Shown here: in pieces, positions 36,899-49,829 of the stretch
Position numbering within the stretch: the stretch's first letter is position 1
How the letters are laid out: every line of letters begins with the position of its first letter
NCBI GenBank assembly: GCA_036630325.1
Contig: CP142731.1
Span: 372,001 to 436,000 of the forward strand
Direction: 5' to 3'
DNA from: Vairimorpha necatrix
Lineage: Eukaryota
Length of the DNA: 64,000 nucleotides
Notes under the pieces: generated by a model
What the model was told of the DNA's origin: nothing
Databases searched by the model: none
Seen by the model: the letters and a program-made list of their open reading frames with translations, nothing else
Program-made: the position numbers and the translations under genes

Positions 36899-38258
36899 TG
36901 AGTTTTGCATTTTTTTGTCCAACTTTTGCATTTTTATAGTCCAACTTTTGCATTTTTATAGTCCAACTTTTGCATTTTTTATAGTCCAACTTTTGCATTT
37001 TTTATAGTCCATTTTTTAGAAAAAAATAACAAAAAACCCAGAATTTGATATATAATGAACAATTAATAGAATTATGTTGCAAATAATTACAACCTTATTT
37101 AATTTTAAAAACTCGTTTTTCTGTCTTGCCATTTCCAGTCATCTTACCATATTAGTGCAGAAACCATTACACGAAAGGCTAAAACTATCGTTTACCACTT
37201 GTTCCAAATCCATTTCTACTGTATTATTTAAGTTTCGTATAGCACAAAACCTCGATTTTATCATAGAAAAAAATTCTTTAATAGGATTAAGCTGTGGGGA
37301 ATATGGGAGCAAAAAATTATAAGATATGCCTAATTCTCTTAGCTACTCAAAACTTCTTTATATGATGAAATTTGGCATTATCTATTATTAAAATCTTTTG
37401 AGGATTTGTTTGAAAAAAATTTACAAGATTTCTTATAATAAATTCGACGAATGGAGCTGAATTATATGCGCCCCTTTTCATTTCGTATGCTATAATATTC
37501 GATTTTGAAATCACGCAAAGACAACTTAAATTGTTGCCTCGATTTGCGGGGACTGTTTAGAATGCTTTTTTATTTTTATAAGAAAACCCATAAGTCCTTG
37601 TGGTATGGGCATTAAATCCAGTTTCGTCCAAAAAAATCAAATTTTCTAGTGAATACCCCGATATTTCCATGGCATATTCGACTCTTTTATCAATTTTGTC
37701 CTGAATATTACGCTCTGCAGGAATTAGAGATAGTCTTTTTCTTGTTATATTGAGATATTTCAACTTTCAAGAAATAGTCAACAAAGGCATTGAAACATTA
37801 GCTATTGTATTTAGCTCTTCTTTGATTTCACTTTGAATCTTGTCATTACTGCGTGCAATAATGTTTTTTAGCACAAGGTCAATAGGCTTTAATACTCTAG
37901 GAGATAAAACTTTAGAACGATTTATTAAATTTGCAGAAAAAATAGATTCTCCCTCAACATTTTCCTATGGCTCATCCCAACTGTTTTATAACTTAAATCT
38001 AATGTCGTTGCAATATTTGTACAGGTCAAATTTTCGTTTTTTATTGTCTTTCAATCAGTTTTAAGACATCCGGAGTGACTGTAGATCTCGCTTTTTTAGG
38101 CATAAGGGAGGAGGGGTTTAAAAAAAGGCCATTGAGATAAAAAAAAATGGACTATAAAAATGCAAAGTTGGACCATGCAAATGCAAAATTTGGACTATAA
38201 AAAATGCAAAAGTTGGACCATGCAAATGCAAAAGTCGGACTAAAAAAATGCAAACCCC
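36899..38258 (-). mobile_element. Tc1/mariner-IS630 superfamily transposon relic with tandem-repeat TIRs
   Basis: IFLDETGF, IIDNAKFH, PYSPQLNPI on the minus strand. ~22-bp units TTTTGCATTTTTATAGTCCAAC repeated at the left end and inverted at the right. CCC-ATG at 38103. Left end approximate. Confidence 0.88.
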
Positions 38259-39158
38259 TATAAAATTCTAATTAAAAATGACCTTTTGAAAAACCTACGA
38301 AGTATTGAAAGGTCTGAGCAATGTCGGGGGTTTATATCATTCTGAACACCGAAAATGCAAAAATAAAAGGAATTTGAATAAATATTCCTGAAAATGATTC
38401 GTGAAGACCTCAAAAATTCGATAAAGTATTATGACGGTATGAATGTAAAACAACTAGAAAAAAAACAATTAAGACAAAACTTGTAGAGCCACAGATAAAA
38501 AGGCTTTGAAAAGTATATTTCAATTGATCTGTTTGTTAACAACTTGTATACTAAAGATTCAATCTTGGCAAAATGTTGCTTTAAAATATTTAAAGATTTA
38601 TGCAAACAATGTATGAAAATTTAAACGGTCATTTCTGAGGTTTTTTTGTTTTTACATGAGGATTTATACTTCTTGATATCAATACATCGTTTAGATATAT
38701 TATAACTTAGTATTGCTGCCATATGAAATATTATTTTGGCAAAAAAATTGCTAAACAACTTATATAAGTTTAAGATATATAAATTACTTTTTATAAAAAA
38801 AGCTTCAATCATATAGATACAAAAATTGTCTCATTTAAAAATATACGCCTTGTTGAAATAGCACATCAAAGAATAGAGTATTCTGTAAATTTCATTGAAA
38901 TATTATTTTTTCAATATATAGTAAATGTACAATACAACATATAACTTATTTATAATACTTTGAATAAAAACAATAACATAAACATAATTTTACAATAAAT
39001 ATTTTTTCCGTGTTTAATGAAATATTTGTGACAATCATAAATTAATTTATGTGGCCTTGATTATCAAAGTTTATTGGGTATTGTGATATAATTTTCAATG
39101 TCATTTTTTTGTTTTATTTTGTTTAATTGGTTAAGATTTTTTTTTCTTTTTTTACCCT

Positions 39159-39848
39159 ATGTTTTTTGGCTTAATAATAGTTTTGAAATGTAGTAATTTC
39201 CGCGATCTTAAAACGACAGAAAAAAGATGTAAACTTAAATTAAATATAATACCTGTCATAGACAACCAATCGTCAATTGAAAAATATGTTTATAATAATG
39301 CTGATGTCATTAAAAGATACAACGTATTTCTAAAAACACATTATTCCGATATATTGAAATTTTTACTATTCAATGAAAAGCTATCAAATTTGTTAAAAAG
39401 TGATAATGAATATAAAAATGATAATATTATTATTAATTTAAAAAACAATGTGAAACAATTGAGGAAGATATTGTTTAACGAATCAGATAGATGGTTCAAT
39501 TCTACTGATTTTAAAGATGTGAAGAGATATTTAAACAACATTGACGATTTGAAAATCAAAAAAAAAGAAGACCTGAAGTCAAATATGTTTATATACAAAT
39601 ATTTGTCTAAATATCAAAATTACGCTTATGAATTGTATCGACTGTGTGATAACACAAAACATTTGTGTGCCCAAATGTGTAAAAAATCTAAATATAAAAC
39701 ACATTTTGAGGCAATAATTTATTTATCTAATTTTGTAAAACGCGTTAAACCAAAAACTGTAACTTTAGATGATTTGGAAAAATATATCGATATCTTAATC
39801 TTTTTGGAAAACGAATATTTTTATAATTCCGCATTAGAGAATATGTGA
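39159..39848 (+). CDS. Hypothetical secreted protein (229 aa)
   Basis: CCCT before ATG, short hydrophobic N-terminus MFFGLIIVLKCS, pseudogene paralog at 32752. Confidence 0.8.
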   Translation: MFFGLIIVLKCSNFRDLKTTEKRCKLKLNIIPVIDNQSSIEKYVYNNADVIKRYNVFLKTHYSDILKFLLFNEKLSNLLKSDNEYKNDNIIINLKNNVKQLRKILFNESDRWFNSTDFKDVKRYLNNIDDLKIKKKEDLKSNMFIYKYLSKYQNYAYELYRLCDNTKHLCAQMCKKSKYKTHFEAIIYLSNFVKRVKPKTVTLDDLEKYIDILIFLENEYFYNSALENM

Positions 39849-40577
39849 CAAAAGTTTGAGAAACTTCAAAAATTGCCTATAATAAATAATTGGTTTTTTT
39901 TTATTTTTTTAGAACTCATTGTTTTTTTTTTATTATTTGTTTGTTTATTAAAATGAGTAATAATGACGAATAAACACGCAAGATTGATAAGTAAATATCC
40001 ATATTTTTAAAGAATTTAAAAATTAATGAATACTATAATGTTTATAACTCTTATTTTTGTATTTAATTCTAGGTCTTAACAGGCAACTGTGCGTGTATTT
40101 TATGCTGAACAAATGATTAATCTGCGATGTAAATTTTAAGTGGATGTTTTTGTAAAATTAAGTTGATATTATCTTAAAAAAAATATTATTTCTTAATTTT
40201 TACTTTTAATCTGTTTTTATAAACTAAAAAAAAAGATACAAAAAACTTGATGCAATTTTAGAATTTTTTATTGATCTTTCCGAAGCTCTATATCTATTCT
40301 GTAGAATTGACAGTTTTGAATATTTTTAGATAGGTTAATTAAATTGATGCAGTCAACTTCGGAAATTTAAAACTAAGTGTTTTATTTTATCAGAAGCATA
40401 TTTTTTAGATTTAATACGAAAACTTATACAAATACTTTTTATATTAACTTAATATTCGACTTTAATTTAATTTTTTACTCTTGAATATTGTTTAGATAAA
40501 TTGTATTTTTAGCGATGGTGCTAGGTGTATATAAATGCTGTAATGAATGTATCTAATTATAAACGGATAAAAAAAAA

Positions 40578-41243
40578 CTATTTAAGTATAAAAGTTTGAA
40601 CATGTTTAGAAAACATAAGTTCGGCAGGAGATATAAATTTTAGTTCTTCATCGGTAGTCTGTATGGATTTTTCAAGAAGTTTACCAATCAAATTTTCTTC
40701 ATATTGGATTTGTGAATCAAAAATGCAAGCTTCTATAAGATATCTATTGTTGAGTATTAAAAATTTGTCTCGTTCACTCAAATGAAATAAAACGTTTCCA
40801 TCAACTTTTTCCACAGAAAATAATAGTAACTTTTTGAACCAATCATTTTCCGTAATTTTTTCCTGATCAATTAAAAAAGGAGTTTCCGATTTTGCCGGTT
40901 TCAAATCAAGTAATGTAAACTCTAATGGAGTTTGGTCTTCAGAATTTCTTTTGGTTTTGTAAACAACTACACCACTCTCAAATGTTTTATAATTTAATAA
41001 TATCGAATAAAAAGAAATGTAAAGTAGACGTAATGTTTCTTTATCAATATCTGGATTGTGTTTTTTCATTTTGTTGATATGTGATGTAATATCTTTTTTA
41101 CATATTGAATCTATATTTATCTCAATTGTATTTTTTCGGCAACATGATCTTATAATTTTAAAAATTAAATATAAAACAACAGTGCCTAAACAAGTTAGGC
41201 CCGCTTCTACGAACAACTTTTTTTTTTCTGTATCGATTTTCAT
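40578..41243 (-). CDS. Hypothetical protein with N-terminal TM anchor (221 aa), paralog of 34398-35060
   Basis: Intact ORF, CCC before ATG. Confidence 0.85.
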   Translation of the reverse strand: MKIDTEKKKLFVEAGLTCLGTVVLYLIFKIIRSCCRKNTIEINIDSICKKDITSHINKMKKHNPDIDKETLRLLYISFYSILLNYKTFESGVVVYKTKRNSEDQTPLEFTLLDLKPAKSETPFLIDQEKITENDWFKKLLLFSVEKVDGNVLFHLSERDKFLILNNRYLIEACIFDSQIQYEENLIGKLLEKSIQTTDEELKFISPAELMFSKHVQTFILK

Positions 41244-43606
41244 TAAGGGTAAAAATATACATCATTAAAACCCGCCAAATGATTACCTCCTTTTTTTTTA
41301 ATTTGCTTTTTTAAGAAATTTCTTTTTTTATACAGGAGTTAAATAAGTAACTTTTAATATGGAACTTTGTGATGAATTGTTTATTTTGTAAATAACAAAT
41401 TATTAGATAGTGATTATCAAGTAATACCCCAAATTAATTTCTAAGGTAGTAGTTTCAGTAACAAAGTTACTTAAATATTTTCTTATCAAAGGCGGATAAT
41501 AGATTTGGGTTAATATTATTGCTTAAATTTTAACTTAGCTTCCTTACCGATATTACTATAAATTTTTTATTTAGCCCTGTTTCTAAGAGACTAAGCAGCA
41601 AGGACAAGAAGGGGCAAGTAAAATTACATAGTAGAATAATGCTTATAATATGGTATAATTTGTTTACTTTGGGATTTAAGGGTAACAATAAAAAGCTTTT
41701 ATGATGTATTTGTTAAAAATTAGTATTTAAAAGATTTCAAAATTTATGAAAATATATATTTAATTTTTTTTGTTCTTGTGTCGTTATAATAAATTATTCT
41801 ATTGTTTTAGATATTTTCAATTAGTTTAGGTGAATAAAGCAACTTTTAGGTATAAATAATATTGTTTTATAAAAATACATTAATTTGTTTTTTAGTAATT
41901 TTGGGGGGTTTTCGACGGATGAAAAAGAAAATTGAATTTTCGTGCTTATTAAGCTTTCTTAGCATATCTTACAATTTTATAGGTCGTGTTTATATTTTTC
42001 TTCTATTTTTATAATTGTTTTTTTTTATTGCATAATGTCGTTTAAGCAATTTAACTCACTTATAATATTGCCTGTACAAATATTGCAAGACATATCTTTA
42101 TTGTAAATATCAATGTACAATAAAGATATGTCTTGATCAGAAGAGCAGAAAAAAAAGAAAAATATATTTAAAATGAACCATTTTTTAGTTTTTTTGTAAC
42201 TATGCGTGTTATCATGTTTTTTTTGTTTTTTGCGCCTCCGAATTTTTTCGCTTTGATTTAAAAAAACAGGTCATAAATCTCCTTATATATATCGGTTGGA
42301 TCTAAATTGAAAATGCACCTTATTGTTTATTTTTGCATAAATTTCTACGCCGTTTTTGTTAATTTAAAAAAAAAGATTCCGAGTTGCAATTTATTGTTAC
42401 TTGATGAATACAATAAGATATGTGTGAGTTAATCGGTGCGCCCTCACATATGAAAACAATTGGAAAAACTAACTAATTGTTTTTGTTATCTAATGTGAAA
42501 AAATGTTCTCTTAATGAAAAAAACGCAAAAGAGAAAGAAGAGTTACATATGATTTGTCATTATTCTATATGAACATATTAAGAAAATATATAAATTGTAT
42601 ATTGTCGATTAAAAGATTGCAAAGTAAAAAATATAATTAGTAAAATATATTTATTTTTTATGGAACATTCCATCGAGATTGAGTTCCGTAATTCTTTTTA
42701 TAACATAGAAAATCTTTGTAGTTTATATCGAACAAAAGAAGTTGTTTCTTATAGCTTCTTTTAATTATAAAGATAACATGTATACATAATAAATATAAAA
42801 GTTTTTTTTTATAATCCCATGTTTTCTTTACTTTGTCATGTTTTACATGTGCCGTGTTTATAATTCAAATTAATGAATTGAGTTCTTCTTTGTGTAAAAT
42901 GCAATGTTGTCGTACTAAATTATTAAAAATAAGCTATATTGCAACAAATTTCTAAGATTTTTACTAATCATTGATAAAAAGATTTGATAATAATTCTAAT
43001 ATAACCACAAAAAATAAAGTTAATAGAGATTTGGAAAAAAAAATTGATTACAAATACAAAAAAAATAAGTAGTTATTATGAATTGATTTTGATAACAGGT
43101 TTATTTCGTAATTACAATATTCTTTATTTATAGTATCGCTTTTTAAATGATAAAAATTAGTTTAATTTGCATCTAGTATCTAAATCTTATTTCTCTGACG
43201 ATTGAAGTAGATATAGATTTATTGGTTTTTTTTATTTAATTAAAAATTAGTACTAGTTTAATAGTAAAAAAATAAATTAAAAAAATATTGTAGTTTAAGT
43301 TATTTTTGAAAAATGAAAAATTTTTTAAACTCAAAATAAAAAACATAGCTTTAATTACTACAGAGTTGCTTATTCTTTACTTACATTTTAAATCTATATA
43401 TCTAACCCCCCTCCCCTTTTTAATATAGAAGATATATTTAGTGCATCATCTGTACTCAATTGACCTTAATAAAATATTTCTAAAAACTTAAATATGTTTA
43501 ATACTTCTATATTGTAGTGATGTATTTACATGCAATTCGATAAATTAAGGAGTAAATTCGATATAGGAGAACATTATTATTTATAATCTATAATGATAAA
43601 AACACT

Positions 43607-44440
43607 ATGAGAAACAGAAATTTAATCTTTTTTGGAATATTTGTCGCAGGGTTTATAGCACACTTATGTTTGTTATTATACTTGAATGATATAAAATTGG
43701 GTGAAATTTATTCAATATATACTGATAAAGAACAGAATGGGCAACTAGAAGATCAAGCAAAATTAAAACAAGATCGGGATGTCTCTTATAGTGATGATAC
43801 TCAGCTAGTAAATGTAATGAATCAGTATATGAAAATGCATAGAATTAGAAAAAACGATAAAAAATTACAATACTCTATTACCAACGATTTGATAACAGTT
43901 TTCTGCACGAACGAAGATGATGATTTACCTTTTATGATAAATTTATTGTCGCAATATCACAAAACTGGCATGTTTTTTTTACCGCAAAATAATTTAATGT
44001 CAAATATAATTAATAGATCATGCATACCTCAAGAAGATTTCATTCAACCTTTATTTAAGATGAGTTATGTGAGATTCTACAATTTAATATGTACATTTCT
44101 TTATGTACAAAAGAAATTTATACAATTAGAATATATTTGTACACCGATATTTGAATATGATAAAACTGAATCCAATGAAGTAGATAGTAAATATAAACTA
44201 CCAAATAATATTAATCAAATAATTAAATGGATTGATATAATGTATTATCCAATGGGAATTGATAAAATATACATGAATAGAGGAGATGAAAAGGTAAAGG
44301 AAAAATTTTTAAAAAATGAAATCTTGAACGAAATGAATAGAGAGTTGCTTATATTAGATCGTAGATTTTATGTAAAACTAAGTGTATTAGATTATCTAAT
44401 AGCAACATATAGCCAATGTGATTATATTTTTCCAAATTAA
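43607..44440 (+). CDS. Hypothetical signal-anchored protein (277 aa), paralog of 48975-49829
   Basis: N-terminal hydrophobic helix; shared blocks LLSxYHKT, PQNNL, CTFLYV, YICTP, WIDxMY, LDYLxAT. Confidence 0.85.
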   Translation: MRNRNLIFFGIFVAGFIAHLCLLLYLNDIKLGEIYSIYTDKEQNGQLEDQAKLKQDRDVSYSDDTQLVNVMNQYMKMHRIRKNDKKLQYSITNDLITVFCTNEDDDLPFMINLLSQYHKTGMFFLPQNNLMSNIINRSCIPQEDFIQPLFKMSYVRFYNLICTFLYVQKKFIQLEYICTPIFEYDKTESNEVDSKYKLPNNINQIIKWIDIMYYPMGIDKIYMNRGDEKVKEKFLKNEILNEMNRELLILDRRFYVKLSVLDYLIATYSQCDYIFPN

Positions 44441-45849
44441 TGATAAAAAGTACTAAAACAGAGAACTTGAAGAAAATCTTACATTTTTGATGTTTTTTTC
44501 TAAATAAACATAAAAATACTAATTATTTTACTTTTGATCATAAGACGACCTACAGCAAGCAGCTTATTCAACAATCTAATAGGCAAATTTTGAAATAAAA
44601 AACAAAGCAGAGGTATAGAACAAGTCGTCGCTTGATGCATGCATAGCCTTTCTTAGTATTGCAATCTCGCAGACAATTTCTAAAACGTAGAGGCAAACTA
44701 TTCTTACACGACATACTGGGATTTTTCATAAAAAACAAGGATAAATTTTACTATAGATGGAATGTTTAGTGTTAAATAACTACATTTTTTACTTTCTTAA
44801 ATTCTAGCATTTATAGGATAAAAATAAAATTTTTTAGTTCCTTTGAAAACTTTTTACATAGTTTTTACTTTGGTATCGATATTATTAGTATGATATGGAG
44901 TAAAATTATATATCTAACTACAATTTAAGTAACAAAGCGAATTAATATACTTCTTTTATTAAAAAATAAAACATACCTAGGTTTTATCACAAATATGATA
45001 TATTCTATAACTTATATGGGCTCGCTTAAGACGAAAGAATTCCAAGCAATGATGTCTAATAACGCTAAAACCATATTATATAAAAATAAAAAAATCAATC
45101 TTATAATACTACTTACATAGAGACGTACAAATACAAGGCATTTGTTGCGTCGAATAAAAGAAAGGCAATATCAATAAACCAACTTACACAATTTAAAACA
45201 CTAAACAAATGAATTAAATGCTATATGTATGAATGCAAGGTGGAGAACTTGACAATGCTGCTCTTTATTCATAGGATTTGATTTAAAAATTCTCTGTGCT
45301 GTTCTTTAAAATTTTTAAGAGGTAACAAAGTGGTTCTTTATGTGTAATTCCAAGAAAGAAATATTTACCTTCTATATGACGCAAACAAATGCTATAACTT
45401 GTCCTAGAGTTACAAGAAAATATCTACTTTATAATAGGTACAATAATTTTCACTAGTGTGAATGCTATTCGTAAGCTTTTATTAAAAAACATTATAAATG
45501 AATTACATTATGAGATTAAACGTGAAATACGTTGCTACAGTAGTTTTTCTGGAATTAGTGTATAAAAGTCCACACATCCAAAAAATATAGATCAGATAAA
45601 ACCCCATTCTAAGTAAAATTCTTGTCTGTAAGCATACTACATGTTATTGAGCTCTTTACAAATTATACATACGGGCTCAAATCTAGAAGTAAATATGCTA
45701 TGCTTGCTCTTATAACGCAAAGTAATTTAGGTTAAATAGACAATTTATCTAAAGAATGAAAATACATGGACAATATATAAATTAGCCACAATTTTTAAAA
45801 AAATCAAAAATGTATATGTAGCTTTAAAATTAAAAAGAATGTTAAAATA

Positions 45850-47960
45850 CAGTCACTATGGCTTAAAGTAGGTAACACGAATACCAAGACAGAGAGTAAG
45901 TTATGTGCCCTACAAGACCGAAATCTATTTAATGGATCGATTGGAAATTGCCCCCATTGTAATAAATCAGCAAAGACCGTGGATCATCTGGCGACGAGGT
46001 GCGAAAAAATGCTAGGACACGATTATATGAGAAGGCATAATGAAATAGTGAAATGCATCCACCTACTACTGTGTGAAAAAATATAAAGTGCAGTTTAAGA
46101 AGAGATTAAAAAACCACTCAGTACAACAGATAGTTGCCAACAAAGATGTGGAAATAAGAATAAACACGACGATAAAAACAGACATAAAGAAAAAATATAA
46201 TAAACCGGACATTGTCGTAGTAGATAAAAAGAACAAATTGATACGAATAATCGAAATAGGTGTCACATCACAAGAGAATCTACAGCAAGTAGAAAACGAT
46301 AAGTTAAGAAAGTATGATGTCCTTGCGAACGAACTGAGCCTAATATATGGTTTTAAAACAGAAATAATTCCCTACGTAATCACTTGGGACGGTATAGTGA
46401 CTAAGTTTCACAAATCTTATACCACAAGACTTGAAATCCCTAAGAACGTAGAAGCGTACATCCAGATGATCACGCTAAAAAAGACGCTAGAAAGCATTTC
46501 TCTTGACTACCGAAGGAGAGGAGACGAAGCCGATGTGGAAAGAACTATGGAGACGAGAAGCCATAACAAGCAGGAGACGCCAACGCGGAATTTATCCTTG
46601 TTAAACTATAAATATAAACTTCGGCGCTACTTAAAAATTCGCACCCCCCTAAAAAATACGTTCACTGAAAAAAAATTATTTTGTATAAAATGAGATAAAA
46701 TCAAATTTTAAAGGATTTTTTTTCCGGGGGGTGCGAATTTTTAAGTAATGGTATTTTGAACGTGAAATTTTTTTATTTTATCTATCCCTTATAATGAACA
46801 GAATGATGGACGAAATGCTTCAATTCAATCCATACAATCCTATTTTCACTGATAATGACAGGGCAATCGACTACGGATTGAAGAACAACTTGTTATATCC
46901 TTGTATTCCCTGTACTAATGATCAGTGCAAAGGAATTATGTTTATTAGAAACATATCTTTGTTTTCTCAAGGAAAGGGGTAAAAATGTAGCAAAAAAATT
47001 TGTAAACGAAGATGTTCATTAAATAAAGGTCCTAAATTTGAATCTTTAGATATTGAATTGAAAAAAATTCTTCGTTGCATTTATTGTTGGTGTTTGTCAT
47101 ATACTAATTTTCAGGCCATCAACATGTGTGAAACTTCTGAACCAACATATATTTCTGTAAAAGAAATAATAATGGAAACAATTTCCAAGTGTTCTACTGT
47201 TGTTACAATGATAGGTGGAGTTGGCCAGAGGATACAAATAGACGAAACAGATATTTGTAATGGAATTATTTATCGAATCCGTCTAGTCGATTGGATTCTG
47301 AACCTGGAATTCAGTGGATAATAGGAGGTGTGTTGGAAGGAAATTTTAGAGAGTTTTTTGTGGAACTAATACCCAATAGAAAATGGGAAACGATTTTACT
47401 AGTATTAAAAATATATGTAAAAGTAGGCACGGATATAGTAACTGATGGTTATCCATCCTATTTACGTGCTATAAGTGAATTTGGTTCTCACCATAGTGTG
47501 GTAAATCACTCTATGGGATTTTGTAATGAAGAAGGACAAAATACAAATTATGTAGAAAATATGTGGTCGCATCTTAAGCATGATTATAGAAAGCGTGGAG
47601 GAATAAATAAAATAAGAATTAAATGTTGGTTAGATGAGTTTAAATGGAAAAAAGAAAATATAGAATATTCAAAACCATTTACAATCAAATTAGCCTTCGT
47701 AAAAATAATTGATATTTTTTCTATGTTGTAGTAATTAAATTTTTGAACTAAATAATATGTTATAACTGTTTTTTTTAAATATTTTAACTTTTGTAAATTC
47801 ATATTTTCATAAAAATATTGTTTTAAATATAATTTTAAGGGTTAAAAATATTTTTTTTTATATAAATTTAATTGGTCAATGTAATTTTTTTTAGGGGGTG
47901 CGAATTTTTAAGTAGCGCCTAAACTTCAATAAGCATGCCCTAATTAAATTCATTTACTTA
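45850..47960 (+). mobile_element. 5'-truncated R4/Dong-like LINE (second subfamily) with a Merlin nested in its 3' UTR
   Basis: LQDRN..CPHC..TVDHLATRC..RHNEI, KPDIVVVD, LRKYDVLANEL. The 3' UTR resumes after 47919 (CAATAAGCATGCCCTAATTAAAT) and matches ~61449-61470. 5' boundary approximate. Confidence 0.88.
46623..47919 (+). mobile_element. Merlin DNA transposon (third family), disrupted transposase, 8-bp TSD TAAACTTC
   Basis: TIR GGCGCTACTTAAAAATTCGCACCCCC; IQIDET, IVTDGYPSY, NTNYVENMW; CCC-preceded ATG at 46794. Confidence 0.95.
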
Positions 47961-48974
47961 AAATACAGTAATTTATTAAAAAAAAATTGTTCAAATTTTC
48001 TTAAATTGATTATTACTGTTTACATGTCTACTTAAAAATTCTTAAGACTGTAAATTTATTATTTAAATTGTGTTTACTTAAGACTATAATAAAGTTTATG
48101 ATATAGCTATTCGTAGTTATTTATATAAATAATGATTTTGATTCTATATTTTCCAAAGAAGTTTTATAGCGATACATAAATTATGTTAAAGAGTTTTTTA
48201 TAATTATTTGAATTTTCTCCATATTGTAATAAACCATGTATAACGTGTTAAATACAAACATAATAAAAAACTAGTTAAGGGTAATATAAAATGTACGAAT
48301 TTAATAATTTTAACTATAGAATAATTTTAGCTGATACTAAAGTAAATAGCCCATGATTGTACTGATTAGTAATAATTATAAAGTAACACATTAATCCATA
48401 CGTAACGAAATATATTTAAAGGCAAGGAATAATCACTTCGTTTTAATGTTAAAGTTAATTTATATGCAGGCTATGCAAATTTTTCTAATTTATATGGAAT
48501 GATAAATTATATCTTCTTTTGTCGTAGTCAATAAATTTGCTTACAAAAAGAATAGTTTGCTTAGGGTTTAACATAGATTTAAAAACTTAACTTTTCTCAG
48601 TAAAATTTATTTGTGTGTTTAATATATTATTTACATATCAATAAAGATACATTTCAGTATATTTCAAAGTTATTTAACTTTATTATGAGCAGAATTTCGT
48701 AGGTTATATCTTTTTCAACGGCTTTTTGGTAATTTTTTATTTAAACTAGAAATAAAAGTACATTTAAATTAAAAACATGGTTTAATGGATTAAAATATAA
48801 TTTAATCATCTGATATTTCTTGGATCAATATTATATTATAAAGCTTTTACGTAGAGTTTACGACATTAAAATTGTAATGAACTATGTACACGCATTTCCG
48901 ATTCAGGATTAAGGAGTAATTGATATAGGAGATAAAAAATAAATTTTAAAATTCTTTAATAAACACATATCGTT

Positions 48975-49829
48975 ATGAAAAATGAAATTTTATCCTGTTT
49001 AGGATTATTTATCGCAGGTTTGTATACACACTTATGTTTAATTTTATACTTGAATGGCAAAAAATTAAATGAAATATTCTTTATACACACCAATAAAGAA
49101 GATAATGAACAACTAGTTGATGAAATTATAGTAAATCAACCAGAGAATGTCTCTATAAGAAATGATGAACTCTTAGAAATATCAATGAATGCCTATACTA
49201 GAATGTATAAAAATGTAAAAAACAATAATAATCTACAATATTCTATCAATAATGGTTCTTTAACAGTAGTTTGTACAAACGAAGGAGAAGATAAACTTTT
49301 TCTAATAAATTTATTATCAGAATACCACAAAACTAGTAGATTTTTCATACCACAAAACAATTTGATAACAAGTTTAATCAAGAAATCTGTTAGACCCAAA
49401 GAAGAATATGTTCAACCATTTTTTAAAATGAGTTCAGTTAAAATTATACATTGGATTTGTACATTTCTTTATGTACACAAGGAATACACACAATTATCAT
49501 ATATTTGTACACCAGATTTCCAATATATTGAACCTAAAACAATGGAAAATTTAGAGTTTTATAAAAAATCAGCTAAAAATAATCCGGCTAAGCTGTCATT
49601 GATTGCATGGATTGATGTAATGTATCATCCGATTGAAATAAAAAGATTCTTCCAATTAAGATTTAAGCGTCGATATGATAAAAAAAATTATTTGCTAGAT
49701 ATTACATTAAAAAATTTAGATGAAAAAATACTTCTTACAGATAGCACTGGTGTAATGGAAATGAGTATTTTAGATTATTTGCTAGCGACACATCTTTTAA
49801 GTGATCCTAATTTTAAAGAAGATGAGTAA
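48975..49829 (+). CDS. Hypothetical signal-anchored protein (284 aa), paralog of 43607-44440
   Basis: Intact ORF with conserved blocks shared with the paralog. Confidence 0.85.
   Translation: MKNEILSCLGLFIAGLYTHLCLILYLNGKKLNEIFFIHTNKEDNEQLVDEIIVNQPENVSIRNDELLEISMNAYTRMYKNVKNNNNLQYSINNGSLTVVCTNEGEDKLFLINLLSEYHKTSRFFIPQNNLITSLIKKSVRPKEEYVQPFFKMSSVKIIHWICTFLYVHKEYTQLSYICTPDFQYIEPKTMENLEFYKKSAKNNPAKLSLIAWIDVMYHPIEIKRFFQLRFKRRYDKKNYLLDITLKNLDEKILLTDSTGVMEMSILDYLLATHLLSDPNFKEDE

Larger units (their letters stand above)
38306..41472 (+). repeat. Segmental duplication copy B
   Basis: See copy A. Confidence 0.85.
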
